Of a DNA stretch of 64,000 bases, positions 52,620 through 64,000 are shown one piece after another. Under the pieces are notes generated by a model. It ran no database searches, was not told the origin of the DNA, and worked only from the letters and a program-made list of their open reading frames with translations. How positions within the stretch are numbered: the stretch's first letter is position 1; every line of letters starts with the position of its first letter. Source of the stretch: Histomonas meleagridis 2922-C6/04-290x (Eukaryota; Protista; Parabasalia); assembly GCA_020184695.1 (NCBI GenBank), contig JAANOX010000081.1, positions 1 to 64,000 on the forward strand, written 5' to 3'. The position numbers and the translations under genes are program-made.

Positions 52620-54446
52620 ATGATTTGGGAATTTATTCTTTCATCTTCAATATGGTTTGGTTATGAGATAATAAATATATTCTCACCAAAATCATGGGAC
52701 CAAATTCCAATTTTTGCATGTGGTGCTCCATTTGGAATGATTTTAACTTCCTACTTATATATTTTTATCAGGAGATTTTATATTTTAAACACTAAAATTG
52801 GACTTGTTGTTTCATTTATCCAAGTAATGATATGTTTAATCCTACATTATTTCAACCGTAAAAAACAACATTTCAGAGATACAAATTTTGCAAATATGCT
52901 TATTACCACATGTATTACCTTAGTTTTTGTTCTTCTATTATTTGTAGTTGCTTTATACACAGGTATGACTTCAAATCCATTTTGTTCGATACTCCCAGTT
53001 GATCTTCATTTAATTTCATCATTTACAGTTGGTGTGAATAGTGGAACGCAACAACTCAAATCGCCATTTATGTCAAACGAGGCCATCCACTGTTCATTTA
53101 TTCCTGATTTTTATTGCTCTATTTTGATTTCATGTGGAAATTCATCACCGCGAATTTCAATATGTATAATCTCATTGGTTCTTCTTGTTTCAATGTTTCA
53201 AGGGCTTTCGATGCTCGCAAGGCATTTCTCGCACAAGAACTATGCGATGGAACTGAGCGTTGTTGTGTTTGTTTTAGTTGGCGGAATCAATTATAAAAAT
53301 GATTACAAAGAAAAGCAGACTACAATAATCGACTATTCCGAGAAATCGTTTTGGCCGCAGTCATTTCTGAGCTACGCTGCTCTCCACAGAGATGTTTTAT
53401 TCGCTCTTCCAATTACAATTCTTTGCATTTCGTTGATAATAATTTTTAATGAAAAGCCTACAAAAGGACACTCTAGTGCATTTTTATGTGGTATATTAGT
53501 TGGCGTGCTGCCATTGGTGTCTTATCATTTTTTCGTCGGGATTTTGCTTTATTCATTTTTTTTACTTGTTATCACTTTTCCTTACAAAAGTAAACGTGTG
53601 TGGAAAAGTGCCCTTTTTGTGTGGTTTATTTACGGAGTGACCGTTTTGATGATTTCAATACCACAATTCTCTGTTATTAATATATCTCCAAAATTCCATC
53701 CAATTTATGCAAAGGCGTGTCCATCTGTCTTTGGATTCTTTAGGTTTTGGTGGGAATCACTCGGCTTATTCTGTATTTTCTCACTTGTATTTGTTTGGTT
53801 CACAAATTCAAAATTTGAAAGTAAGTACTATTCACCTGCTGTATGCGTATGGGTAGTAGCAAACATTATCACATTCCAATCAGATAATGAAGAGGATAAT
53901 ATCAAAGTATTTTATTCAACATGGTATCCAATAGCTATTATTCTTTTCTCCCAATACTTGATTTTATTTGGAAACTTCTATAACAGCAATCCAGTCACTT
54001 CTTTTTGTGTAATTCTCGTTTTAATTGGTGGGACATTTTCCAATTTAAGGTGTTTATTCAAAACTCTCTTAAGTCAGTGTAACCTATTCAGCAGCAAAGA
54101 GAATCGTTTAGGGAAATGGTTTATCAATAATACAAAGACCGATTCTGTAATTTGGAATGTTAACAATTACAACATAAGTGCAGTTGCATCAATTTCAGGA
54201 CGGGTTCTCGCATTTGGGTATGATGCAATGAAGACATTTGTCGGCTTCAATCGCACTGAGAGAATGCTTTCACTTAGTAACATTGATGTGAACGATAGGA
54301 AAACGGTCGAAACTTTTGGCATAAAGTATGCAATTGTGAACGATACGTTGATTCACCCGTTTAATGAAGGCTTATTAAATTGGATTTGCTTACTCAAGTC
54401 AGGCAACATAAGCGTCTACAGATACCTACAAATTCCTGTTATTTAA
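52620..54446 (+). CDS. Polytopic membrane protein, possible GT-C-fold glycosyltransferase
   Basis: More than 10 hydrophobic helices, a DLHLISSF motif in the first large loop, and a C-terminal soluble domain (WFINNTKTDSV...ASISGR...GY...YAIV). Confidence 0.55.
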   Translation: MIWEFILSSSIWFGYEIINIFSPKSWDQIPIFACGAPFGMILTSYLYIFIRRFYILNTKIGLVVSFIQVMICLILHYFNRKKQHFRDTNFANMLITTCITLVFVLLLFVVALYTGMTSNPFCSILPVDLHLISSFTVGVNSGTQQLKSPFMSNEAIHCSFIPDFYCSILISCGNSSPRISICIISLVLLVSMFQGLSMLARHFSHKNYAMELSVVVFVLVGGINYKNDYKEKQTTIIDYSEKSFWPQSFLSYAALHRDVLFALPITILCISLIIIFNEKPTKGHSSAFLCGILVGVLPLVSYHFFVGILLYSFFLLVITFPYKSKRVWKSALFVWFIYGVTVLMISIPQFSVINISPKFHPIYAKACPSVFGFFRFWWESLGLFCIFSLVFVWFTNSKFESKYYSPAVCVWVVANIITFQSDNEEDNIKVFYSTWYPIAIILFSQYLILFGNFYNSNPVTSFCVILVLIGGTFSNLRCLFKTLLSQCNLFSSKENRLGKWFINNTKTDSVIWNVNNYNISAVASISGRVLAFGYDAMKTFVGFNRTERMLSLSNIDVNDRKTVETFGIKYAIVNDTLIHPFNEGLLNWICLLKSGNISVYRYLQIPVI

Positions 54447-54872
54447 ATGTTTTTATGTTATCCTTTATCTTTTTTTAATTTCTGTAAGAAATTCCAAAAG
54501 TATATCAACATGCATTTGCTAAAGGGATATCGCTCTATTTTATCCCTCGACCTTAAATATATGATTAAAGAAATTCATTACCCTTGTTTTTTTATCTTTG
54601 GAAAGCAATGCTCCTCAAGATGCGTATGATAATTATTTATTCATATCCATGAAATTTAAATATTATCAAAAGTTCAAGAAATCTCCCTATTCAAAATGAT
54701 GAAAAGATATGAAATTTGGAAATGCAACATCTGATTTTTCATTTATAAGAGTGCCTCGTGATTGAATAGTTTACAAAATCATTCTTCAGCTTTAATTATT
54801 TGGCTTCTTTAAGCTTAATTAAGCACTTTAGTATATTTACATTTATCAACAACAACTAATAGATGACACCGT

Positions 54873-55961
54873 TTATTCTATTTTTGGGACAGGTTCAATC
54901 AAAATTGCGCAAATTGCAATTATTGTTATCATTAACGAACACACAGCGATTCCGAATATCACTTTTTCTTTTGCTCCTTTACCTTCTTTCTCTCCCTCGA
55001 AATCCACCTTCATTTCCAGCTCATCATTTTTAGCCTTTGTTAATAATTCATTAATTTCATTGTTCGCTTGTACATTTTCGTAAACAGCGCATTTGGTTTG
55101 GTTCTTGTCCAAAATAAGTAACGCGGGCAATTGCGTCTTTACGAGCTTCATGCTCCGGAGGTGTAAGTTTGCCATGTTCAATGTGGTCTTGCCGATTATA
55201 AATGAATCGGAATTAGATTCGGCTAAATGCTTAAAGTCAAAAAGAGTCTGTGTGTTGGAATAAACAAGAAGAGCAACTCGCCGGGACGAAAATTTCACAT
55301 CGGATAAATGCCAATTGCCAAGCGGAGAGTTTTTGAAATCTGATATGAATTCTTTGATTTCGGCTAAATTGGCAGATTTGTTACGGACATACTTTTCTTT
55401 GTTAACAAAGACACCGAAACTGTCATTGCCTTTGTGCGTGGAATTAAGGTAAAAATTATCTGATGTAAGATTGGAATATTTGATAAGGTCACCAAGTGTA
55501 TGACAAGTATAACTACTGTTGGCACCAATGGTGAGAACAAAGGCTGGAAAACGTTTGGGAATACCTTCCAATTTGTTGCAAGATTTTTCTTTATACTTGG
55601 TTTTAAGTTCATCCGCTTTCTCACTAAATCCTTCAAGTGTACGCTTTGGATAAATTTCAGTTGTACGTCCATCTTCTATGTAAAGATATGTTGGGTATCC
55701 GCGAATTTTATGAATTTTATCTACAATCTTAGCTTCTTGAAGAGCATTGATTTCAGCAACTAAAATGCCTTCGTCTTCAGCATACTTTTTCATAAAATCG
55801 TGCCATGCAGGATGCATTTTGAGACAATGCCCACAATATGGTGAATAAAATACAATAAATACAGGAATATCGAATGACTTTTTTATAACCTCCTTATAGT
55901 TTTTACTATCTACTACCATTTGGAGAGATGATATTAAGGAGTAAAAAAGAATCAAAATCAT
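54873..55961 (-). CDS. Thioredoxin/protein disulfide isomerase-like membrane protein
   Basis: Signal peptide, FYSPYCGHCLKM, IRGYPT, a second degenerate Trx fold and a C-terminal TM. Confidence 0.88.
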   Translation of the reverse strand: MILILFYSLISSLQMVVDSKNYKEVIKKSFDIPVFIVFYSPYCGHCLKMHPAWHDFMKKYAEDEGILVAEINALQEAKIVDKIHKIRGYPTYLYIEDGRTTEIYPKRTLEGFSEKADELKTKYKEKSCNKLEGIPKRFPAFVLTIGANSSYTCHTLGDLIKYSNLTSDNFYLNSTHKGNDSFGVFVNKEKYVRNKSANLAEIKEFISDFKNSPLGNWHLSDVKFSSRRVALLVYSNTQTLFDFKHLAESNSDSFIIGKTTLNMANLHLRSMKLVKTQLPALLILDKNQTKCAVYENVQANNEINELLTKAKNDELEMKVDFEGEKEGKGAKEKVIFGIAVCSLMITIIAICAILIEPVPKIE

Positions 55962-56414
55962 GTTTTGGGTATATTTTGTAAATAATTGAATTTATATGTA
56001 AGATAAACGGTTTCCATACTTCTAATAATCATAGAGATGTAACTTGTTAGAGATTTTAAATTACACACTAAGAAATTCAATATCCCTGAAGAAAATAAGT
56101 AAAAAATTGATTTTTTGTATAGTTTTTCATTTTGGGCAAAAATCGAACAAAATGTGAACAGTGTTCTGAATCTTAAATAATCACTTAACAAAAAATTATT
56201 GTGCCCCTGTAAACAGCGATCTACTAATGAAGGAAAAGCAATTATTTTTTGATAAATAAGAAAATTATGTCTTCTTATGATATTAATCCATTAGTTACGT
56301 ACAAAGACAAAAAATAATGTTTAAAATGTTAACATTTATTTGCTGCTTTGGTCAATCATATTAACAAATATCAACATAAAATTTCGATTCCATAATGTTT
56401 ACACAATTTATTAT

Positions 56415-57983
56415 TTATTGCCATTTCGCCAACTTATTTGATTTCGTATCGCTTATATCTATTGATGTCTCATTCTGGTTAATGGGCACGAGCGATATTG
56501 TGTTCCCTTCGACCATTAGCTCCACGAAAGGCACCGGGCCACTTTCGCTTGTGAAGTTATATATTGTTTTTACAAGCAAAAATCCGATTGAAGCAATTCG
56601 TGCAGCTTCGTGCGTGTCCACGACGTCCATCAGCCCTGCGAGGTGCTGCGTTAGCTCTGATTTCCGTTGCCCCGAAAACATTCTCGATATCACTGATAAT
56701 ATCTTTTGGATTCCGTGAAGATTTTTCTTCGTTACTCCAATTTCAACCGCAATTGAAATAGATTTGTTATCGATGTTATCGAGAATATGAAGTTGCTGAA
56801 TTTCATTCATAAAATATGCTAAAAGTAAAAGTGAAATCGCATGATAATATGATAACTTGTAATGATTAGGTGTTCGCAATTGTGATATCATCTTATCAAT
56901 TGATGCTTTGATGTTGTCATTATACTTATGCTCATAATTCATCGCATCTTCGATAAATTTGGCATAAAATGAAATGTATCGTTGATCATATTCAATCGTT
57001 GAAATCCAAATTGGATTAAGTTGCGGTCCAACTTTTGGAGGCTTAACATATTGGGATCGCAATGTCGGTAGTTGGGATTCTAATACTTTGGTTATTTGTG
57101 GGACTTTGTTGATTTTCTGTATAAAAAGTGAGATGTATCGTTCTCTCAATTTTCTTAGAACGATAGGATATATTTTGTCAGGGCACTTTTCTAAAAGTGT
57201 CTGTACAAAAAAACCGGCTTTAGGAAAAATGTAATTAAGTTCATTCGCAACGATAATACTGAGCCTTGCTGCTTTAGGCCCATGGGAGCGTAAAAGACGG
57301 TAAACATTTTTATTCTGCGTAATCATGACATCTAATTCATTTCCATCGTTTTCACTATCTTGGACATCATCAGAAACTTGAGCAATTTCTTTGTTTTCAC
57401 TTGGATTTCTGGCATCGTCGGAACCTGTAGAAACCCAATAATTATTGAGAACATCTTTTTCATATTCACTCTGACCACTGCATTTTGGAAGTCCAATCAT
57501 ATAGGATTTATCAGAATAACTACCAATCTTTTCTATACCTATTTCTCCGCATGAGTCGGGATTTGATGTTTCAGCAAAAACTGTAATTGGTCTTACATTA
57601 AAATCATAACTATGAAATTTTACAAAATCTTGAATATCATCTTCTGCAAATGTATTGTCATCTTCAAAATGCTTTATAATATCTGCGTTGGAGACGGGGT
57701 TACCTGGAAGATTTAAAAAATCATAAAGATAATCTTGCATTGATGTTGAAACATTTGGAATTTGATATGGGTAATATGACAAATGTGCTGGTACATTGAA
57801 ATTGCAATTGATCATCTGAGGAATTTTGTTGCAATTATTTTCTTGAAAATTTTGAGTAAGAGGTGAAAGAAATGAAAAAACAGGAAACTCCGAGTTAATA
57901 ATAAAATTCATTGATAAGTTTATGTTATCGGATCCATTATTTGATAAAAGCTCGACGAGCTCTTCTCTCAGCTCCTGACCCAT
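56415..57983 (-). CDS. Hypothetical protein
   Basis: Long ORF, first ATG at 57983 (MGQELREE). No family recognised. Confidence 0.75.
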   Translation of the reverse strand: MGQELREELVELLSNNGSDNINLSMNFIINSEFPVFSFLSPLTQNFQENNCNKIPQMINCNFNVPAHLSYYPYQIPNVSTSMQDYLYDFLNLPGNPVSNADIIKHFEDDNTFAEDDIQDFVKFHSYDFNVRPITVFAETSNPDSCGEIGIEKIGSYSDKSYMIGLPKCSGQSEYEKDVLNNYWVSTGSDDARNPSENKEIAQVSDDVQDSENDGNELDVMITQNKNVYRLLRSHGPKAARLSIIVANELNYIFPKAGFFVQTLLEKCPDKIYPIVLRKLRERYISLFIQKINKVPQITKVLESQLPTLRSQYVKPPKVGPQLNPIWISTIEYDQRYISFYAKFIEDAMNYEHKYNDNIKASIDKMISQLRTPNHYKLSYYHAISLLLLAYFMNEIQQLHILDNIDNKSISIAVEIGVTKKNLHGIQKILSVISRMFSGQRKSELTQHLAGLMDVVDTHEAARIASIGFLLVKTIYNFTSESGPVPFVELMVEGNTISLVPINQNETSIDISDTKSNKLAKWQ

Positions 57984-58459
57984 TGGGATTGGGGTGCCCC
58001 GAATCAAGATTTTTTCATGAAAAGTAAATTACATTAAACGAATTATAAATTTACTTATTATATAAATAAATGTGTAACTCACGATTACATGAAATTGGTA
58101 TATCAAATATATATAAATAATTTTGTGGGTTTGATTTAAGAACATCAGAATTAGTGAATTGTTATGTAATGTAATGCTATGGCAAACGTATTCATTCAGG
58201 AAACATATCCTTTTATTTTTACAATCATTTCTTCATTAGTTTAATATATAAAATAATATAAATTCGTTTATATTGAAAATTTTTTTCTTTGTAATTAGAA
58301 ATCGTCTTTTACGCTTTATAAATTAATGTACATTAATATTGAAGTCTTCATCATCAAAAATAATTATTTTTGCAAAAACATTTTTCAAAAATTCGATTTG
58401 GCCAACATTTATTAAAAACATAATTTGACACATTTATATATATTTATTTACATAAATCA

Positions 58460-59485
58460 TTAATCTTCATAAGAATCGCTATCGCTCGTTTCGCCTCCGG
58501 AAGTTGCACCGCCACTTGTTTCACCTTCACTTGCAGTTGTACTAATTCCAGAGCTTCTATTTCTATGCGCAGCCTTTTCATCCAATGTTTTAATTTCTAG
58601 CGACAACTTATCCAAAAAGCTTGGATCATTTTGATACATTTTTCGAACATTTATTTCTCTTTCTTTAGCTTGTGAAACTTTATCTTGAATTTCACGAAGT
58701 GTACGATTAGATAGGTCGGAAAACGAAATAACATCTTCTTTGTCTTCCTGTCTATTATATTTTTTTTCGCGTATAAGTATTTCAACAATTCCTTCAAGTA
58801 GCTCAAGAGGGAGAACGTTTATGTCCTTTGCGAGTTCAAATTTTTCTTTTGTTGTCATTATGTCGTTACGAAGCACTGTAGAAGGCTCATGTCTGGTAGA
58901 TTTGTTACGGTCTGTATTGGAATGCTTGGACTTAAGTTTGTTGGGTTTGGGAGGATGTGATGGCATAAGAAATAATTGAAGTGATTCTTTGTTGAAAATT
59001 TTTTTGTCTGAAAGGGTTTTGATCTTTTCAATGTTATCTGCAATACGAAGTGGAATTGTGGGATCTGTGATATTAACATGTAAATTATAGATTTCATCAA
59101 ACTTGGATTTGATTGTTAAAGCAATAGTTGATATTTCATTGTTTAATGTGTTGAAAACAATACAGTTAGACCAAATTAAGTCAACATCAGCTTTGAATTC
59201 GTTAATAGACCGATATGATTGTTCATATATTTTTGCTTCAATTGTGGAAATACACATTGGATGTTTTATTATGTCATAATAACCAATAATGGTGTCGGGT
59301 ACATTTTCTATGAAATTCTCAATTCCTTCTTGTTTCCGAAGGAAATCAACGAATTTTAAACATTGTTGTAAAAAAATCGGAAGAGAACTACTATCATACT
59401 CAGATGTAAATCTGATCATAGGCGTTGAGAAATGAGAATGATGATATTTAGTCTGGTCAAAATAAAAAACAATTTTTCTTCTCAT
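58460..59485 (-). CDS. Bromodomain plus ET (NET) domain protein
   Basis: GYYDIIKHPMCISTI...Y.S..EFKADVDLIWSNC..FN (bromodomain) and MTTKEKFELAKDIN.LP...ISFSDLSNRTL.EIQ (ET). Confidence 0.9.
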   Translation of the reverse strand: MRRKIVFYFDQTKYHHSHFSTPMIRFTSEYDSSSLPIFLQQCLKFVDFLRKQEGIENFIENVPDTIIGYYDIIKHPMCISTIEAKIYEQSYRSINEFKADVDLIWSNCIVFNTLNNEISTIALTIKSKFDEIYNLHVNITDPTIPLRIADNIEKIKTLSDKKIFNKESLQLFLMPSHPPKPNKLKSKHSNTDRNKSTRHEPSTVLRNDIMTTKEKFELAKDINVLPLELLEGIVEILIREKKYNRQEDKEDVISFSDLSNRTLREIQDKVSQAKEREINVRKMYQNDPSFLDKLSLEIKTLDEKAAHRNRSSGISTTASEGETSGGATSGGETSDSDSYED

Positions 59486-59740
59486 TGGATACGAAATGTT
59501 ATGTGAAAATGAATAAAAAATGTTTTAATTTTGCTCTTGTTTAAATCACAAATGATCATATGTTCAACAAAACATAACTTAATTGTTTTTCTCTACTTAA
59601 AATATGTTTTTTGGATATCATTTAAATTTTGTTTAATCAATTAAATAATTAATTATTTAATTAATAAGTTCATATTCGTTGAGTTTTTTTTTTAAGTGAT
59701 AGTAAAAAATTATAAAAACAAAATACAAACAGTGTTTATT

Positions 59741-62700
59741 TTATATGTTATTATCAAGAAATGTCATTACTTCTTTTACAATAATTTCTATTTGTTGTTC
59801 AGATGATAGCTCTATTGCAATTGCAATATCTCTATCCATCTTTTCGATCAATTGATTAAATTGTTCTTGGTGTTTTGGGAGTGTAACACTTTGAATCCAA
59901 CTTTTCACATCGTCGATTGAATTATTCAATAGCATAAAGTTTTTGATTGGTTTACAATAGTTAGCATCGCTTCTTGTCATTTTGACCGAATTTTTCCAGA
60001 GAAACAAATTTGCCTCGTTTAACTTTTCCTGATTAGCTTGTATTAACTCAGCAATTTTTTCAATTTCTTTATAACGATTTAAGCAACCGATAATTTCTCC
60101 TAATACATCGAAAGCAATTGATTTCAAATTTCTAATTCCTAAGATTGCGATATCCAAAACACATGGCAGAATACTCTCATCAGCCTTTATAAGTGACTCG
60201 AAGTGTTTATTACACATTATACATATTAAATTTAAAATAGCATCTGCTACAAGAGGATACATATATACTGTTTCCCAAGGAATCACATGAAAAACATTAC
60301 AAAACAATCGAATTGTATCAACTAAAATTGGGTCATCATAAATAACGAACACATTAAAACACAAAAAATTCGACGAAAGTAAATTTGCGAAAATTATTGA
60401 ACAATTTTTCATATTTTTAAATTCATTTTCAGGATTTTGTTGTATTGCCATAAAATGATTTAAATATATTTGAAGAATCGAACAAACATCTTTAAACAAA
60501 CATAAACCAATTGGCGAACAACTTTGTAAAACTATTTCTTCACGAAACGGATCATTTAATGTTATATATTTCCACATTTTCAAGACCGAATTTTTAATTA
60601 GAACATATTTACAAATTTCATCCATTTTCTGGACGAATATATTCATTTTGTTTGGGTATAAAAACGAAATCATTTTCTTATAAATTTTATTTGTTTTTAT
60701 GCCAAAAAATATTCCACGAATATCAATTGAAAGATAAAATATATCATCGAAGTTATTAATGCTAATGAATTTATGTTCAATACTTTGTAAGAATTTATTA
60801 AAGAATAAAATGTTCTTCGAACAATGATATATTAAAGTAGTATAAAAGTTCGATCTAAGTTTAATATATTTTAAGTCCTTAAAGATTTCGATGTTTTGTA
60901 ATTGTAATAATGTTTGGATTTGATTATTTGTTATGTTTAAATTCCTTAATGAAGAAATCGAAAATTCGATGAATGCATTTGTATTAATCGAAAATATTAA
61001 TCGATTTAAAAGAAATAAATTTGCACTTTCTAATGACGGCAATTTAATTTTCTCATTTAATATTTGATATATTTCATTTGTTTTATTATTAATACTCCCG
61101 AAAATAGTATCTTTGAAGATAGAGATAAAATTAATAAAACTTATTTCTAAATAATTCGGCGCTGAAATGTTCATTATATATTGTTGTGATTCATCAAGAA
61201 TTTTAAAGATTTTACATATCAATTCGATTTGATATTGGAATATTCTGTTTTCATTCGTGTTTATATTTGTGATTCGAATGATTTCTATAAATATTTGTAC
61301 ATATAATGAGATTTGTGCTTGAAGATTTGTTACATTTGGATTTCCTTCATTAATTGATGTAATAAATTCTTGTTTCTTTTCGATGTATTGTGTAAGTATT
61401 GTTTGACATGCTTTTGCTTCATCACAAAATATAAATTTTCGAATCGGATGTACATATGGTGAAAGTTTTTGGTGATTTAATTGTAAAATCTCAATGTTAT
61501 CATTTTGGATGTTAAGTAATAAATAATTTATATAACTAAAACAAATGTTATATATATATTCATTAAGTTTTTCATTGATTTCAGAATATGTTGGATCATC
61601 ATTAAAAATTGATTTGATGTTATTCCAAAAGGTTGTAATTCGTTTAACATAGATTTCACTTCCATCTGTAATCTTATCTTTTTGAAATATATAATTTGTA
61701 AAATTAAAAACTGTTTCTAAAAATTTATATAATAATTCAATTTCTTGGACGTCACTTTTGGAATATTGCTTTGAAATATAATGTAAAATGGAAGTTAGCC
61801 AAAAAACATTTTGTGGAACTGAAAAACCGACGTGGCCGTTAAGGATGTTCATAACGTTCGCTATGATGCAGTTAAAAAAATTTGGTGTTTGTTCTGGAAT
61901 AAAATATGTCCGTGGAATAGAAATTAAAGAATTAATACATCGAAGTGCTTCTGTTATTCCTCTTCCGGCAAAAATATTAAACAATTGCTGAATTAATTGA
62001 TAATTGGAATATGGTTCTTTTAACGAATTAGGAGTAATAGGAAATCTTTCTTCAACAATGCTTTTGTCTGTACTTAAAGAAAACGAAAATATCTTTTGGA
62101 ACAACATCATTATTTCTTTTAATAATGAATTATCAGGTGTATTTAAAACGTGCTCTAATACGCATTGAACACTAGCAAATATTTTTGGTAAATAGGCTTC
62201 ACCAAAAATGAACTTAACTTCAGGAGAATTAGACGTTGCTAATCTCAATAGAATTTGAAGATAAATATTAATTCCTTTTTCTAAGTATGGTCCATTTTCT
62301 GTTGGATTAAATAAAATTGAAATGCGTGAAAGAATTTCATTAATCAAAGGTGATGGAGGATTCAGCTGAATAAATTTTTCAAAAATTAGAGCAATTACGC
62401 CTGAGCAATCAATCGTGAAGTGTTGACATACCTCCTTATATTTTTCATAGAAATCAGTTAAAAAATGAAATACTGTTTCAAAAACATGTAAAGTAAAATC
62501 TGTTGACCATGAACCAACAAAATTTTTTGTAATTTGTAAAACTGAGTTTGATGCGAAAGCAAGGAGATAATTTTTATTGGCGTGTAACTCTGGGGTTGAT
62601 ATGATCTGAAAACAAATATGAATATTATCTAAGTTTTGTTGAAAATTATCAATATTTTTATTTAAAAATTCTGAATGTTCCTGGCTGCCATAAAAAGCTT

Positions 62701-62746
62701 CTGCCATTTTGCTAATTTCTCCAAGTTTTGCTGGATTGATTTCCAT
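59741..62746 (-). CDS. XPO7: Exportin-7/RanBP16-like karyopherin
   Basis: ALRCINSLISIPRTYF, SCSPIGLCLFKD and SNFLCFNVFVIYDDP parallel XPO7 LVQIAS.RRSLF, SSPNGILLFRE and YVNFGVF.LYGD. Confidence 0.75.
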   Translation of the reverse strand: MEINPAKLGEISKMAEAFYGSQEHSEFLNKNIDNFQQNLDNIHICFQIISTPELHANKNYLLAFASNSVLQITKNFVGSWSTDFTLHVFETVFHFLTDFYEKYKEVCQHFTIDCSGVIALIFEKFIQLNPPSPLINEILSRISILFNPTENGPYLEKGINIYLQILLRLATSNSPEVKFIFGEAYLPKIFASVQCVLEHVLNTPDNSLLKEIMMLFQKIFSFSLSTDKSIVEERFPITPNSLKEPYSNYQLIQQLFNIFAGRGITEALRCINSLISIPRTYFIPEQTPNFFNCIIANVMNILNGHVGFSVPQNVFWLTSILHYISKQYSKSDVQEIELLYKFLETVFNFTNYIFQKDKITDGSEIYVKRITTFWNNIKSIFNDDPTYSEINEKLNEYIYNICFSYINYLLLNIQNDNIEILQLNHQKLSPYVHPIRKFIFCDEAKACQTILTQYIEKKQEFITSINEGNPNVTNLQAQISLYVQIFIEIIRITNINTNENRIFQYQIELICKIFKILDESQQYIMNISAPNYLEISFINFISIFKDTIFGSINNKTNEIYQILNEKIKLPSLESANLFLLNRLIFSINTNAFIEFSISSLRNLNITNNQIQTLLQLQNIEIFKDLKYIKLRSNFYTTLIYHCSKNILFFNKFLQSIEHKFISINNFDDIFYLSIDIRGIFFGIKTNKIYKKMISFLYPNKMNIFVQKMDEICKYVLIKNSVLKMWKYITLNDPFREEIVLQSCSPIGLCLFKDVCSILQIYLNHFMAIQQNPENEFKNMKNCSIIFANLLSSNFLCFNVFVIYDDPILVDTIRLFCNVFHVIPWETVYMYPLVADAILNLICIMCNKHFESLIKADESILPCVLDIAILGIRNLKSIAFDVLGEIIGCLNRYKEIEKIAELIQANQEKLNEANLFLWKNSVKMTRSDANYCKPIKNFMLLNNSIDDVKSWIQSVTLPKHQEQFNQLIEKMDRDIAIAIELSSEQQIEIIVKEVMTFLDNNI

Positions 62747-63183
62747 TTTTTTTGAGAAAGGGTGAACGTTAATTTTTCATCAATGAAAACATCTGATTTA
62801 TGAGCTTTGGATGAATTTTGTCACCAATTGATATTATGAAAAGAAATGAATATAAGTTAACTTAAAAAAATTTGTATCTACTTATAAATAAACAATATAA
62901 GGTAAGTCTAATTCATTTGCTCAGTTAAAAAATTTTTGTTTGCATAGTGGTGAAAAATATGATGATAACAAGAATACATTACATTTTGATTACAAACAAT
63001 ATGAGATCACTGGTGGTTGCATATCACTAGTACTTTATGGAAATGATATTAAAGAGTCAGTCCTATAAAGGTTTCCTTTATAAAAAGCTTTTATATTTTT
63101 TATATGTAAGAATATAATTTTTTTTCATTTTTAAATCATTTATAATAGATAAAGATATTGATATTTTTTTAATTTTTAATTCA

Positions 63184-63684
63184 ATGAAAAATGGGACAAA
63201 CATTAAAAATGATTTATTTAAACTATTTGATACTTTAAAAACTTTTTCCCATTTAAACATTATTAATTAAAAAGAATATTTTGAAACCTCGAAAAATATT
63301 ATTCTTGTTATGGAATTTGCTGAAGGCGGTGATTTATCTCAAATGATAAATCACTTCAAACAAGAAAAAACATTCATTCCAAAAGATAAGATAATACGCT
63401 ACTTTCAACAAATGGCATTTGGCGTTTAATATCTTCATCATAAAAAAATAATTCATCGTGACTTAAAAACCCAAAATACATTTCTTACCAAATCAGACAA
63501 AATCAAAGTGGGTGATCTTGATGATATAAAAATCCTAGAAACTCTTCATCAAAATTGTATAACAGCTGCAAGAACATATGCTTATATGTCATCAGAACTT
63601 GTTAGTTTTCGGTCATATGATTTCAAAACAGATATATGGTCATTAGGATGCATTCATTATGAATTATGTACACTTATTACTTGA
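63184..63684 (+). pseudogene. NEK-family protein kinase pseudogene
   Basis: HLNIIN*KEYF...ILVMEFAEGGDL...GV*YLHHKKIIHRDLKTQN.FL...KVGDL...KTDIWSLGC...ELCTL, with in-frame stops and a broken DFG. Confidence 0.85.
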
Positions 63685-63828
63685 GCCTCCATTTAAGACA
63701 AATGGAATATCAAATACGTATTCGTAAATTAACATTAAAAGAAAATATAATTTAATTTTCATTATATTCATACTTCCGTTTTACATCTAAAAATTAAAAC
63801 CAAAATTTTTATTAATTAAATTCTTTCT

Positions 63829-64000
63829 TCATGCGTCTAATTCAACTTGTGTATTTCTTTCAAAATTCTTTACCATAGAATTGATATCGAAAATGAATAA
63901 TTTCTTAGAAAGAAAAGCATCGAAAATCATTTTCCTGTAATCATTAATGAAAACTTTCGCTTTTGATGATGTAAACACAATCGAAGACTTCATTTGGTTC
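63829..64000 (-). CDS. Possible 3' end of a gene continuing beyond the window
   Basis: 56 open codons from the window edge (NQMKSSIVF...NTQVELDA*). Confidence 0.3.
   Translation of the reverse strand, partial: NQMKSSIVFTSSKAKVFINDYRKMIFDAFLSKKLFIFDINSMVKNFERNTQVELDA

Noticed and set aside
1-64000. rRNA and tRNA genes
   Set aside because: No cloverleaf with T-loop GTTCRA plus acceptor stem and no rRNA-like GC-rich conserved segment were seen by eye. A tRNAscan-SE/Infernal run would be needed to exclude them fully.

Overview
AT-rich, essentially intron-free eukaryotic DNA that is most consistent with a parabasalid protist (Trichomonas/Tritrichomonas/Histomonas-like). The evidence is eukaryotic ribosomal proteins with trichomonad M3/M5 core promoters, BspA-type LRR surface proteins, DUF3447-type ankyrin genes, very short intergenic spacers and TAA(A) gene ends; the species cannot be determined from the sequence. 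Tightly packed housekeeping islands contain a BEACH protein, RPL23A x2, RPL10, RPS12, a C2 protein, an ARM protein, a DZIP1-like protein, a SEL1-like protein, a RINT1-like protein, a 3'-5' exonuclease-RRM fusion, a Rab-like GTPase, PTPA, an F-BAR/SH3 protein, a PDI-like protein, a bromodomain-ET protein and an exportin-7-like protein. These alternate with decayed zones of ankyrin, BspA and kinase relics. One complete pogo/Fot1-like DD35D transposon (TIRs, TA duplication) sits inside an ankyrin gene. The most striking unexplained pattern is that ankyrin repeats are repeatedly interrupted at the same loop position by 80-302 nt non-GT-AG, stop-containing inserts with conserved ends, some expanded by a 20-nt minisatellite; these are candidate non-canonical introns or bypassed elements. 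Also notable are one C-terminal surface-anchor cassette shared by a BspA protein and a bacterial-like domain, and a K-turn-shaped hairpin directly behind RPS12. All family assignments are from motif recognition by eye; no database searches were run.
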